From Eledone cirrhosa (Eukaryota): 64,000 nucleotides of DNA. The notes below the pieces were generated by a model. It searched no databases and was not told the DNA's origin. It saw only the letters and a program-made list of their open reading frames with translations. Position 1 is the stretch's first letter, and every line of letters begins with the position of its first letter. Shown here piece after piece: positions 27,088 through 41,640 of this stretch. The position numbers were made by a program, and so were the translations under genes. The DNA lies in contig OZ024743.1 in NCBI GenBank assembly GCA_964016885.1, forward strand, positions 83,886,001-83,950,000, given 5' to 3'.

Positions 27088-28248
27088 TCTATCCTTAAAA
27101 ACCTTGCATATAATATATCACTTAGAATTTCTAACCTTTCGTCTAACCAAGATGTATTTGATAAAAATGCGACCTTCTATAACGAAGCTCTAGATAGAAG
27201 TGGCCACAAAAATAGATTAGAATATATACCTTCTACTAAAAATACTATAAACATACAACCTAATATTACCAACAAGCACCAAATGAAAAGTACACACCTA
27301 AATGCCACCCACACTATACCCCAAAATACCAACAACTCCTCTAATATAAAGTATAGTAACTCTCAAAAAACTACTCATCATACAACTCTAATAAATGTTA
27401 ATAATAAAACTCCTAATAAACAAGATAAAACACCTAAATCAATAAATCTAACTAAAAATGTGCGTGGTGATGTCATTAACATTAATCCTCCTAGTAAACA
27501 TCACGATACAACCTATAAAAATAATAAACAACATAGAAACCGTAATAGACGAGTTACTTGGTATAATGCTCCATTTAATTTACAAATTAAGGGTAATATT
27601 GCTAAAAAAAATGTTTATATCCTAGAGAAAAACTTCCCGCCAAACCACAAATAGCATCAAATCTTAAATAGGTCAACAGTTAAATTCTCATACTCAACAA
27701 CCAAAAACATAAAACAAAATATAAGTGCCTATAATGCATATAAATGTAAAAAAACCATAAGTATACCACCAATACATCAAACTAACCATAATATCTCCTC
27801 AAATACAGAATTAACGAAAGGTTGTAACTGTAGAAACAAAGCAAACTGCCCATTAAAAGGAAATTGTCTTGTTAACAACATAGTTTATAAATGTAAAGTT
27901 AAAACTAAAGATTCTATTTGCTCATATATAGGAGCTACTTCTAACAATTTTAAGGTAAGGTTTAATACCCACAAACATAGTTTTAAAAATGCCGCACTGG
28001 CTAATACAACATCTCTAGGAGAAAAAATTAATAGTTATAGAAATAAGAATATAAAATATGATATGACCTGGAGTGTGCTCAAAAGAGCCACCCCTTATCA
28101 AAATAATAGAAATGAATGTAGATTATGTTCCCAAGAACTATTTAAAATAATGAAATCTAAGGATATCCTATTAAATAAGCGACAGGAATTAATTATATCG
28201 TGTAATCATAAACTGAGAAAAACATTTAAATATTATAAACCTAATTAA
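27088..28248 (+). pseudogene. Disrupted PLE post-RT + GIY-YIG coding region
   Basis: LRISNLSSNQDVF, VTWYNAPF, CNCRNKANCPLKGNC, IVYKC..SYIGATS and CRLCSQE..LNKRQELIISCNH. Stop at 27652 plus a frameshift. Confidence 0.8.
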
Positions 28249-28715
28249 TAATATATATTTTAGAAATTAATATATAATTTAATTTAAATGTAGTTAACCT
28301 ATAAATTTAATTTAATTAAAATTCTAATACAGATGAGATTAAAAAATATTGTGTAATCATAAATAGTGAAAAACTTTTAAATATTATTAACATAATTAAT
28401 ATATACTTTGTAAATTAATTTATAGATTAATTTTAGTTTATTTAACCTTTTATTAAAATTCCTTTACAGATGAAATATAACAAAATATCGTGTAATCAAT
28501 AACAGAGATATTTTTTAATATTATAAACCTAATTAATGTACAATTTAGAAACTTATTTATAAATTAATTTTAATTTAGTTAACCTATAATTTTTATTTTT
28601 ATTTAATTAGCTTAAAATTAAAATTCCTATACAGATGGATTGCTGAATATCATGTATTCATAAACTGAGATAAATTTTTAAATATATACCTAATTAATAT
28701 ATTCTTTACAATTAA

Positions 28716-28817
<102 letters not shown>

Positions 28818-29451
28818 TTTAATTTTTATTAACCTATTATTATATTCTACTATAGATAAAATACAAAATCTGCTTTAATTATTATTAATCTAATTAACAT
28901 ATACTATAGAATTTAATATATTATTTTTTAATTTAGTTAACCTATAATTTATATTCTACTACCGATGAAATACTTGATTTGGTTTTCCCTATTACTAAAT
29001 TCGTTTCCTAATATTGATACCATAATGTTTAATTTAGTTATGATATAATTAATACTCTACTACTGTTTAACTTCAAAATTCCGCTTCAAATATTATAAAC
29101 CTAAGTAGTATACACCTTAGAAATCAATATATTAACTAATTTTAATTTAGTTAATCTTTAATTAATAGTCTACTTATATTAAAATGCATAATTTTGCCTT
29201 CTTTCTTACATTTCCTAATACTGAAACTACTATGTAAACATATATTATGATCTAAATGCAGATTAATATTCTATGTTCCTTGAAACTTATATTTACTATT
29301 TCCCACTAATAATTTTAATCCCCCCCCCCCATAATTATTTGTATTTGTAAGCGTGGATGAATGTATGTGTATGTAAGTAGGTATGTATGTTTGGGTGTTT
29401 ATATGTGAGTATAAAAATACATATGTGCGCATGTAAATAAGTGTCTATGAT

Positions 29452-29488
<37 letters not shown>

Positions 29489-29763
29489 GTATGTATATGT
29501 ATATATATGTATATATATGTGTGTATATATATGTCTATATATAAGTATGTGTGTATGTATATATGTATGTGTGTATATATATTTGTAGAGATGTGTGTAT
29601 GTATATATATATATATGTGTGCATAATTGTCTGACTGTGTGTATTTATTTATTTATTTATTTATTTTTATATATATTTTTATATATATGTGTGTATATAT
29701 ATGTATATGTGAGTGTGTGTATATATGTGTGTGTGTGTGTGTGTATATATATTTATGTGTATG

Positions 29764-29850
<87 letters not shown>

Positions 29851-30256
29851 GTGTATATGTGTGTATGTATATCTCTTTATTTATGTATGTCTGAGTTGTG
29901 TGAGCGTATGGTTGTATGTGTATATACATACATGGATATGTGTATGTGTGTGTATATATACGTATATGTATGTGTGTGTGTGTGTTGTGTGTGTATATAT
30001 ATATATATATATGTGTGTGTATGTATATATATATGTATATATGTGTGTATATATGTGTATATATATGTGTCTGTATGTATATGTGTGTATATATATATGT
30101 GTGTGTATGTGTGTGTACATATATGTGTATATATGTATGTGTGTTGTGAATATATGTGTATATATATGTGTGTGTTTGTATGTGTGTCTATGTATTTATA
30201 TATGTATATGTATGTGTCTCTATGTATGTATGTGTGTATGTATGTCTGTATATATG

Positions 30257-30301
<45 letters not shown>

Positions 30302-30304
30302 ATA

Positions 30305-30345
<41 letters not shown>

Positions 30346-30579
30346 GTATATCGGTGTGTATTTTATGTATGAGTATATATTTTACTTGTTTATATATTTT
30401 CTTAATATATTTCTTTTTATTTCTAAATTTATAGATACATTTTATAAATAGGCAGTTTCTCTGACACCCTTACTAATTACTGACCCCCTTACCCACTTCT
30501 GCATTTGGGTGTAAAAATTTATGTGGCAGTGTTTATATGTGCGCCTAAATATCCATATAGTTATTATAATAATATATAC

Positions 30580-30618
<39 letters not shown>

Positions 30619-30984
30619 TGTGTGTGTGTATGTTCGTGGGTATGTGTATATTTATGTGTATATGCGCGTGTGTGTGTGAATGTATATATATGTGTGTATA
30701 TATGAATCTATATATGTTTATATGCGTATGTGTATTTTATCTGTAGATTATAAACATACAGAGACATTAGCCCTGAATTTTTGTATTTACATACATTTTT
30801 TCGACATGCGTATGCATGTGAACATATATCTTTATGCATATCTGTGAACGAAGTTACTTACATATATACACACACCTAACTGTATTTTCTTGATATATTT
30901 TTGTGTATTTCATTGGTCAATTTGAACTCTGTTCCCAAACAGACCTGTAATTTTGAATTGTTGTTATTATCAATAAATACATTT

Positions 30985-31133
30985 CATTATTTCTGAAGAC
31001 GGCATATGTATGTGTTGGTATGTATATTATATTTGATAATTTGTATAATTTTGTATAATTTTGTACATAGATCTGTTGAATATGCATACCAATTCTAACA
31101 CATATATGTCCTAGAAACGATCGTTAAATAATG
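30985..31133 (+). ncRNA. Type I HHR with long stem II
   Basis: CATTATTT-CTGAAGA-CGGCATATG...CATATATGTCCTA-GAAACGATCGTT-AAATAATG. Confidence 0.75.
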
Positions 31134-31330
31134 AACTTTTTTGGTTTAATATAAGGAACTGTTTCATTGTTTTATTCATTATTTTTTTAATATTTTATCT
31201 TGACTCTGTATTCCGTTTATCTTTCACCGAAAGTGATTTTTGAATGCATCTCTTCTTTCCATGATATCCGGATTACATTGAGTTCTTCATACGGATTGGA
31301 CACTACCGTAAACTCTTGGTAGATTTATCT

Positions 31331-31380
<50 letters not shown>

Positions 31381-31382
<2 letters not shown>

Positions 31383-31486
31383 AGGAAGTTATAGTTCACT
31401 TGAAGCATTGTGTAATGAGGTATAAACCTTTGAATTTGTAAAGCCAAACAATGCATTGTTTGGCTTTACAAATTCAAACGTTTATA
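31381..31486. mobile_element. Minimal palindrome + tail element
   Basis: 66-bp near-perfect palindrome at 31421-31486 with a 40-bp one-sided tail, within (TA)n. Confidence 0.6.
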
Positions 31487-31697
31487 TATATATATATAAT
31501 GTGAGAAAAACCACAGACCCTGCATCTCAACTCACCTTTTGAAAAGCAGAAGAACTGCGAAAAAGGAACCAAATAAATATATATATTTTTTTTTTAAATA
31601 AGACTCCAGTTGCATTTTCGATTTCATCTCTTTTTCTTTATACTTTCACTCGTGTAGGACACCTCAGTTATTTTTCAATTTGTAAAAAAAACCTCAC

Positions 31698-31741
<44 letters not shown>

Positions 31742-31747
<6 letters not shown>

Positions 31748-33469
31748 GTTAAAAATGTACATCTACATATGCATACTGAAATACTAGTGTGCATATGAAT
31801 ACACACACGTATACATATGTAGGTGTAACAAGTCTTTCACTGGTTGCTTTACTGTGAGCAACCCAGCTATTCTGTATGTAAAGACACAGACAAACCGGTT
31901 TTTAGAGTCATACTGGTTTTCGAGGGAACACCTTCCCTCTATTCTCCAGAAAGCCAGACAAGGAATATTGAACTAGTTTCGTTGTTGTTACAACTCATCA
32001 GCAATATTTACCTATCTACCGGCCCTTCTGGAGAATTGTAAAAGCACATATCGTTATATGCTTTTTCTATGAAAATTAGTAGTGGGCAGACTAATTTGCA
32101 TAGAGTGTGAGTACGCACCGGTTCAGCGGAGACGATAAAAACAAATAACGAAACGAAATTAAATTTCGTTTCGTTTGTAACTCACTTTTGTATGACTGAC
32201 GCTTAAACAATTAAGTTAAAAATGTACATCTACATATGCATACTGAAATACTAGTGTGCATATGAATACACACACGTATACATATGTAGGTGTAACAAGT
32301 CTTTCACTGGTTGCTTTACTGTGAGCAACCCAGCTATTCTGTATGTAAAGACACAGACAAACCGGTTTTTAGAGTCATACTGGTTTTCGAGGGAACACCT
32401 TCCCTCTATTTTCCAGAAAGCCAGACAAGGAATATTGAACTAGTTTCGTTGTTGTTACAACTCATCAGCAATATTTACCTATCTACCGGCCCTTCTGGAG
32501 AATTGTAAAGGCACATATCGTTATATGCTTTTTCTATGAAAATTAGTAGTGGGCAGATTAATTTGCATAGAGTGTGAGTACGCACCGGTTCAGCGGAGAC
32601 GATAAAAACAAATAACGAAACGAAATTAAATTTCGTTTCGTTTGTAACTCATAGATTAGTAAATATTGCTGATGAGTTGTAACAACAACGAAACTAGTTC
32701 AATATTCCTTGTCTGGCTTTCTGGAGAATAGAGGGAAGGTGTTACCTCGAAAACCAGTATGACTCTAAAAACCGGTTTGTCTGTGTGTTTACATACAGAA
32801 TAGCTGGGTTGCTCACAGTAAAGCAACCAGTGAAAGACTTGTTACACCTACATATGTATACGTGTGTGTATTCATATGCACACTAGTATTTCAGTATGCA
32901 TATGTAGATGTACATTTTTAACTTAATTGTTTAAGCGTCAGTCATACAAAAGTGAGTTACAAACGAAACGAAATTTAATTTCGTTTCGTTATTTGTTTTT
33001 ATCGTCTCCGCTGAACCGGTGCGTACTCACACTCTATGCAAATTAGTCTGCCCACTACTAATTTTCATAGAAAAAGCATATAACGATATGTGCTTTTACA
33101 ATTCTCCAGAAGGACCGGTAGATAGGTAAATATTGCTGATGAGTTGTAACAACAACGAAACTAGTTCAATATTCCTTGTCTGGCTTTCTGGAGAATAGAG
33201 GGAAGGTGTTCCCTCGAAAACCAGTATGACTCTAAAAACCGGTTTGTCTGTGTCTTTACATACAGAATAGCTGGGTTGCTCACAGTAAAGCAACCAGTGA
33301 AAGACTTGTTACACCTACATATGTATACGTGTGTGTATTCATATGCACACTAGTATTTCAGTATGCATATGTAGATGTACATTTTTAACTTAATTGTTTA
33401 AGCGTCAGTCATACAAAAGTGAGTTACAAACGAAACGAAATTTAATTTCGTTTCGTTATTTGTTTTTAT
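31742..33469. mobile_element. 467-bp HHR-containing tandem array (non-LTR retrozyme-like) with head-to-head inversion
   Basis: ~1.95 units on the minus strand (31742-32651) joined to ~1.75 units on the plus strand (32652-33469). HHRs at 31964-32008(-), 32431-32475(-), 32662-32706(+) and 33129-33173(+). Confidence 0.9.
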
Positions 33470-33486
33470 ATATATATATATATATA

Positions 33487-33878
33487 GGGGATAACAGGTT
33501 ATCGTTATAGGCTGTCCACTTAGATGTAGTCCAGTTAGAGTACTCCGTGTTGTGGATGGTATTAACGTATGGCTTAGTTTGACTTAACAAGACGTTTCCA
33601 TAGTGATGCTGCGAGTTCGCGGTGATTTCTATGTAGATTATACTTGGAGTAATAATAATTCAAGAAAGAAGAGTGACATGGTTGGCTATACAATAGGGCT
33701 TTATTCACATTGCTGACAATTGTTTCTTTGATCTGGTAGGTCTAGAGTTCGCTAATCGCTTGATGTTGCGTCAATCGATCTCCAATACTTTGTTTATAAC
33801 CAGTCGTTTCATCAGCACGCTCTGGTGAATAAAGCCCTATTGTATAGCCAACCATGTCACTCTTCTTTCTTGAATTAT
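33487..33878 (-). mobile_element. Fold-back HHR element with long tail
   Basis: 54-bp IR at 33655-33708 / 33825-33878. Minus strand reads CTGATGA (33815-33809)...GAAACAATTGTC. The tail end is homologous to 44640-44699. Confidence 0.7.
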
Positions 33879-33925
33879 ATATATATATATATACACATAC
33901 ATACATACATACATACATACATACA

Positions 33926-33956
<31 letters not shown>

Positions 33957-33957
<1 letters not shown>

Positions 33958-35655
33958 CGGAGGCGCCGTAGTGGTATGGCGCGCGGACCTCTACACGGCC
34001 GAAGCCCTCAGGCAGCTCTGTAACCCCCTCTTTTACCGCCCTCTACCCTCCGATCCCACCCCCCTCTACCAACAACAAGTCTCCTCCACCATCAAAGACC
34101 TTATCGCCTCCTCCCCCCCCCACCGCTTCCCACCTCATCGTCCGCACCCCCCGCACCCCCACCATCTACTTCCTCCCCAAACTCCACAAACCCGACAACC
34201 CCGGCCGCCCTATCGTCTCCGCTTGCAACTGCCCCACCGAACTCATCTCCGCCTTTCTCGACTCCATCCTCGCCCCCTTGTCACCACCCTCCCCTCCCAC
34301 ATCTCCGACACCAACCACGCCCTGCGCCTTTTCGACTCCTTCACCTACCTACCCGGCCCACAGCCCTTCCTCTTCACCCTAGACATCAAGTCCCTCTATA
34401 CAGTCATCCCCCACGCCGACGGCCTTCGCGCCCTCAAACACTACCTCGACCTTCGCCCCTCCCCCATTCCCTCCAGCCCCACCCTCCTTCGCCTCGCCGA
34501 GCTGGCCCTCACCCTAAATTGTTTCTCCTTCTCGGGTGAGTTTTACCAACAGGTCACGGGGGTAGCCATGGGTACAAGAATGGGCCCGAACTATGCCAAC
34601 CTTTTTGTTGGCCATGTTAAGGCCCAAATCTTTGCCCAGTACACCGGCCCCACGCCCGAACTGTACGGTCGTTACATTGACGACTGTATCGGAGCCACGA
34701 CCCTCACCCGAGAACAGCTCGACTCCTTTCTCTCCTTCTTCTGCTCCTTCTACCCCTCCCTCCACTTCACCACCTCTATCTACACCACCCACGTCCACTT
34801 CTTAGACATCTCCGTCGCCTTCGACCCCTCCCACGACTCCCTCGTCACCTCCGCCTTCTTCAAACCCACCGACTCCCACTCTTACCTCGACTTCACCTCT
34901 TCCCACCCCACCCACACTAAACACTCCATTCCCTACTCCCAACTTCTCAGGATCCGCCGCCTCTGTAGCCGTGATGCTGACTTCGAGTCCCAGGCCCTTT
35001 CCCTAGTCAGCCATTTCATCCGCAGAGGTTACCCCCCCCCCCCCTCTCGTCTACACCCACCCACCGTCTCCCCTTCCCCATCACCTACCACCCCTCCACC
35101 TTACCCCTACACCGCACCATCCGCCGCCTCTTCCGACGCCGCCAGTCCGACCCCTCCACCTCCCACATCTTCCCAACCCCACCACTCCCCTCCTTCAAAC
35201 GCGCACGCAATCTCCGCACCCTCATCGTCCACAGCTCCCTACCCCCCAACCCACGCTCTGTTTCCCCCCCACCCCGGTTCCTTTCCCTGTTCTAGGCCCC
35301 GCTGCAACACCTGTCCCCACATCACCAACACCACCACCTTCCAGGGTCCCAACGGCCACTCTCTCTCGGTCCGGCATGCCTTCCGCTGCACCTCCTCCAA
35401 CCTAGTCTACGGACAGACGGGACGTCGCCTGGCGGACCGAGTCACGGAGCACCTCCGGGATATTCGTCTCGGGGGCAGTTCCCCATCGCCCGCCACTTTG
35501 GTGGCCCTGAACACTCCGCACGCCATCTCACAGTCTGTGGCCTACTCCAGTGCCACGGAACACCCGCCAATCGCCTTACGGTCGAACAACGAACTATCTT
35601 CATCTTACAGACCCACACTCCCCCCGGCCTGAACTCCCCACCCTTATTCCTTTAG
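33957..35655 (+). pseudogene. PLE reverse transcriptase + Zn-finger + GIY-YIG, frameshifted
   Basis: LFTLDIKSLYT, GVAMGTRMGPNYANLF, RYIDD, KPTDSHSYL, CSRPRCNTC and CTSSNLVY-GQTGRRLADR..EHL (internal deletion). Frameshifts near the poly-C runs. Confidence 0.9.
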
Positions 35656-37292
35656 CCTTCGACCACCCCCCTCCCCCCACACTTATCCCCCACTAACACC
35701 ACTAACACACCCCTCCTTTTCACCGCCCACCCCACAACTAACAATACTCACACCTCCACTCCACCCCTCATCTGACCATCCTTCCCCAACTAACATACTA
35801 ACATTCCTTCCCTCCCCTCTTCTCCTCCCCCTCCTTATCACACGCACACACCCACCGGCACATATATACACGCGCTCACACTAAACACACACCCTACTAC
35901 CACCACTAACCCTCACCCCCACACCACTCACCCCCACACCTCCATCCCACCACCCCGCAACTAACCTCACTAACACCCCCTAACCCCAAGCACACGAACA
36001 CACGCACCCACTTACACCACCCACCCACACGCAACTAACATCACTAACACCCCCCAACCCCACGCACACGTACCCACACACCCTCGTACACCACCAACTC
36101 TACACACCCTACCACCACTAACCCCCACTCACACCTGCATTCAACCCCTCCCCACCTCCCGTATACTAACACCCACTAACACCTCTTCATCAAACTACAC
36201 ACACACCAGTACACCACACTCCCTCCATAGAACCACACACACCCTTCTCTCCCCGCTCCACCCACACCCTCGCTCCACACTCACTCATCCCACTAACACC
36301 CCTACTAATACACACACACACACACACCCTCCTCACTCCAACTTTCACACCTACCCATCCTCACCCCCTTACCATTCCACCGACTGCTGCTATGCCCTCT
36401 GACCACCTCCCAGCACTAACAGACCACAGCACTCCCACTGCTGACCACTTCCTGTTGCGCGCGCACCCCACATCTCTCCTCTTCCGACCACCGCTTCATG
36501 GATTACCCACACGCAGAAATTCACCTACAACCAATCCACTAAACATCTTTGGAATTTACCAACTTTTCAACCATCCTCTTACGTAATCACCTATATAACT
36601 CACCCACACACACACCCCAAAAAAAATTTTCTCCACACGCCACCCACACCCACAACCCGCTTAAACCCCACACACACGTGCTTTCCACCACATATTTACA
36701 CCCTCAGCCTCCTGATTCCTCTCCCCCGACCCCTCTATCCACACACGCACAGACACTCCGACCCAAACCCCACCCCCACACACACACCTCTTCCTGAACA
36801 TGCAACCCCGTTCTTCCCCCAACCCTTACTTTCACATACACACACACACACACACACGCACACCTACACACACACACCACCTTCAGCCCTCCCCGCTCGG
36901 ACACCCCGTCTCCCTCTCCCCACTCCACCCGCCACCACCCCTACACACCCCACACCCTTCCACCACCTGTTTACCCCCCTTTTAATTTCAGTTTATTTTG
37001 ATCATGTCTTTATTTTTAAATTTATCTCATTCCTTGTATTTTGATCATGCTTTATTTTTATTTTTATTTTTATCTTTACTTGTTATTTTTTCATTCGCAC
37101 CGTTTCCTTTCGCTATATGTCTCTCCACCACTCCCCTACACACCCTTTGAACTCTGTTCCCACACACTTCTCACCTGAGGAAGGGCTTATGCCCGAAACG
37201 TCGTCCCCCACCTACACCCCACTCTCCAGAGCGTGAAATTAATAAACATTTGTTGTACTGCCTCTCTGTTTTGTCCCTGTTCAAATTTTTCC

Positions 37293-37295
<3 letters not shown>
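33957..37295 (+). mobile_element. 5'-truncated Neptune-like Penelope element
   Basis: RT-GIY-YIG coding remnant, a 1.6-kb C-rich 3' UTR, a minimal HHR CTGAGGAAGGGCTTATGCCCGAAACGTC (37175-37202) and AATAAA. Microsatellite flanks. Confidence 0.9.
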
Positions 37296-37346
<51 letters not shown>

Positions 37347-37709
37347 CGTGTATTGTGTACCGTGTACAGTGTATGTTTATATATAAATATGTGTGTTTGT
37401 GTATCCATGAATATAAGTATATTCACAAAGTAAACAGGAAACCACATATCAATAGCATCTCAAAGTTAACGAAACCAGAATTCCTTACAGAGAAATCTTA
37501 GTATATAGTGCCAAACCTTGAAATCACAGGGAGTATTAAAGCTTATATTTCCGATCAAAATTCGAATGTACGTCAGCTACACACGTGTCTTAGTTTAGGA
37601 TGGTCGTATCAATTATATAACATAAAACTATATGACTGTGTCAGCTAAATATCAATTTTATCACGGTTTAGTTCTATTTTAGTTAGTAAAATGTCTATAC
37701 AGGTGATAA

Positions 37710-37795
37710 AGTGGCAGAGTTGTTAGAACGTCAGACAATGCCGTATTTGGCGGTCGATAAGAAAATGTTCCAGCCCAGTACTGGGGTCGATTCTT
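37710..37795 (+). mobile_element. SINE family B, internally deleted
   Basis: TGGCAGAGTTGTTAGAACG head and AGTACTGGGGTCGAT body. Confidence 0.55.
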
Positions 37796-37919
37796 CCTCT
37801 ATTCTATCTCTCACTCTCTCTCTCTCACTCTCTCTATCTATCTAGCTATCTCACTCACCCTCTCTATCTCCCTCACCCTCTCTCTCTCTATATATATATA
37901 TCTTTCTCTCTCTCACTCA

Positions 37920-38005
<86 letters not shown>

Positions 38006-38024
38006 ATGTATATATATATATAGG

Positions 38025-38520
<496 letters not shown>

Positions 38521-38533
38521 ATATATATATATA

Positions 38534-39136
38534 TGGTGGCTGCCAACTCGAGTACGGCCACTATTTTATATCCATGTAGGAGAACCCCTACCGATGCACT
38601 GAACGAGTGTGACTTTTTAGTCCAGCCAGCGACTTGAAAACTCTGGTACAAACACTACACTTGTGACAATTATTGACACATAGTGCTGGGCCCATGGTAC
38701 CATGTGACGACAAGTGCAGAGAGATCTCCAGATATAAAGCAATGACTGTGCCGTGAAGCTTTTATAGTGAGCAAAGGCACTGCACAAAGCCAGTCCCACT
38801 CTCTTAACCAAGATGATATTTACCAAAAAGAAGAACAATTCAACATCATTGGATACCACCAGAGTTGCAGGTGTTATATCAGAGTTTTCCCTCTCCTAGA
38901 ATTCTGCCTTGACAAAGGCTAAGGGGTCATCTCTCCCGGTGATTTTGGATGGCCATTGACTCTTAAGAGCTCCTTTGCCCTTTGACAGGTTTTGTTTTTA
39001 GTCCTGCAGGATGTCCAAAGTCACCCTCCTCACCAAGAAACCTTGGTGGGGTTGCCAGTTTAGTCGCCAACGACCCGACCATAAGACAGGTTGTACTGGG
39101 ATACATGTTACCAGTAGCACCAACTGGTGACCTGAC
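38534..39136 (+). mobile_element. ~610-bp R4-derived non-autonomous element
   Basis: Same ends as the other copies, with a short deletion in the 5' hairpin. (TA)n flanks. Confidence 0.85.
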
Positions 39137-39450
<314 letters not shown>

Positions 39451-39599
39451 TATATATATATATATATCGTTTTCACTTTCTCTTCCTTCCTCATTCACTC
39501 ACTCACACTTTCTCTCTTTCTGTCTCTCCCTTTCTCTCCCTCTCTCTCTCTCTCTCTCCCTCTCCGCTCTCTCTCTCTCCCTCTCTCTCTCTCTCTAAC

Positions 39600-40866
39600 C
39601 TGCGGTGGGGAATGGTCTCTTCCAAGTTTTAAAACAATGTCCAAGACACGCTGTATGTCACTACGAGCATTCCTGCGACAATTAATTTTCTTTAGACATT
39701 AAAAACATTATACACGACCAAAAAAAGAACATTACTGGAAATCCCATACGTTATAAAATAAATGGATGGGTTGGGGTCTAAATATGTAAACTAAACGACT
39801 AATTCTGGCTTTTAAAAAAATCAACGAAGACAATTTAGAAAAATTATCGATCCCCCCTCCCTCTCTGCCGATTATTCTAGCCTTCTCTTATTTGGGACCT
39901 ACCAACCCACCAACCCACCCATCTACCTACCTACCAACCTACCGACCTACCTACCTATTCACCTACCCACCTATCTACCCACCAACCCAACCATCTACCT
40001 ACCTACCAACCAACCTACCTACCTACCTACCTATTCACCTACCCACCTACCTACCCACCAACCCAACCATCTATCTACCTACCTACCAACCAACCGACCT
40101 ACCTACCTATTCACCTACCCACCTACCTACCAACCCAACCATCTACCTACCTACCAACCAACCGACCTACCTACCTATTCACCTACCCACCTATCTACCC
40201 ACCAATCCAACCATCTACCTACCTACCAACCAACCTACCTACCTACCTATTCACCTACCCACCTACCTACCCACCAACCCAACCATCTATCTACCTACCT
40301 ACAAACCAACCGACCTACCTACCTATTCACCTACCCACCTACCTACCAACCCAACCATCTACCTACCTACCAACCAACCTACCTACCAACCTACCTACCT
40401 ACCTACCTACCCACATACATACTTACCTATCTACCTACCAACTAATCTACCTACCTACCTATCTACGTACCTACCTATCTACGTACCTACCCACCTACAT
40501 ACCTACCTACCCACGTACATACCTACCTACCCACCTACCTACCAACCCTCCCATCTACCTACCTACCAACCTACCTACCTACCTACCTATTCACCTACCC
40601 ACATATCTACCTACCAACCCAACCATCTACCTACCTACCAACCAGCCTACCGACCTACCTACCTACCAACCCAGCCATCTACTTACTTACCTATTCACCT
40701 ACCCACCTACACACCTACCTACCTACACACCAATCTACCTACACACCCACCTACCAATCTACCTACCCACCTACCTAGAAAAATTACGGATTTTCTAACT
40801 CCATCCTCCTCGTCCCATCCTGCTTATTCCCCCCTCACCCACCCATTATTTGGGACCCCGAGTGTA
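39600..40866. mobile_element. Probable TA-flanked MITE remnant containing an (ACCT)n expansion
   Basis: 39696-39832 is homologous to 46565-46705. The right end ATTATTTGGGACCCCGAGTG|TA loosely mirrors TA|CTCTCGAGTCTCGAATAAT at 46389. Confidence 0.4.
39897..40776. repeat. Degenerate (ACCT)n array with a ~56-60-bp higher-order unit
   Basis: Recurrent ...CCTATTCACCTACCCACC...CAACCATCTA units. Confidence 0.9.
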
Positions 40867-41173
40867 GGTATCTGTGACTATCCCTCCCTGTAGATAAGTA
40901 ACAACTAAGTATTTCACGTCCTGCTACATGGTATCCAGGGGTGATTGTAGAGTAATAACATCAAGAAATATTGTCAGTTATCAATATATGTTTATCTACG
41001 TTGCATGTGTTTCATCTGTGATACAACTCGAAACCATTCACAATGATATATTACTTGTCTAACGAAAAATAAACACACATTAAATTGATATCTCACTCTC
41101 TATTTCTTTACACACACATATATATATATATATATGCGTGTGTGTGTGTGTGTGTGCGCGCGCGCGTGTGTGC

Positions 41174-41261
<88 letters not shown>

Positions 41262-41263
<2 letters not shown>

Positions 41264-41640
41264 GGTGTGGGATGCTTAAAGCGTCCGTAAGCGGTATGAC
41301 GTTTGAGCACTCGATGCTCTTGCAGAGCAGAGTATGATATCACATAAGAAATGGAGAATCAGAGGTGCGACGAATAAAAGTTATTAGACGTATTACAATC
41401 GTTTCTCTGGCAACCAGCTCGAAGCACGGTCGAATTAATGATCGAACCTGACTCTGAAATCGCAAGGTCGTCAAATACATCTCGATTCTACGAAGCAGAG
41501 TTTCCAAATTTGACGACCTTGCGATTTCAGAGTCAGGTTCGATCATTACATCGATCGTGCCTCTAGGTGGTCGCCAGAGAAACGATTGTAATATGTCTAA
41601 TAAGTTTTATTCGTCGCAACACTGATTCTCCGTTTCTTAT

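Noticed and set aside
31844-32041. 65-aa ORF repeated three times
   Set aside because: Non-ATG start, antisense to the HHR, and conserved only because the unit is duplicated.
32094-32101. Octamer ATTTGCAT as an snRNA-type promoter element
   Set aside because: A single 8-mer with no recognisable PSE, which is insufficient evidence.
39892-40893. 333-aa Pro/Thr/Tyr-rich ORF
   Set aside because: Translation of the (ACCT)n array.
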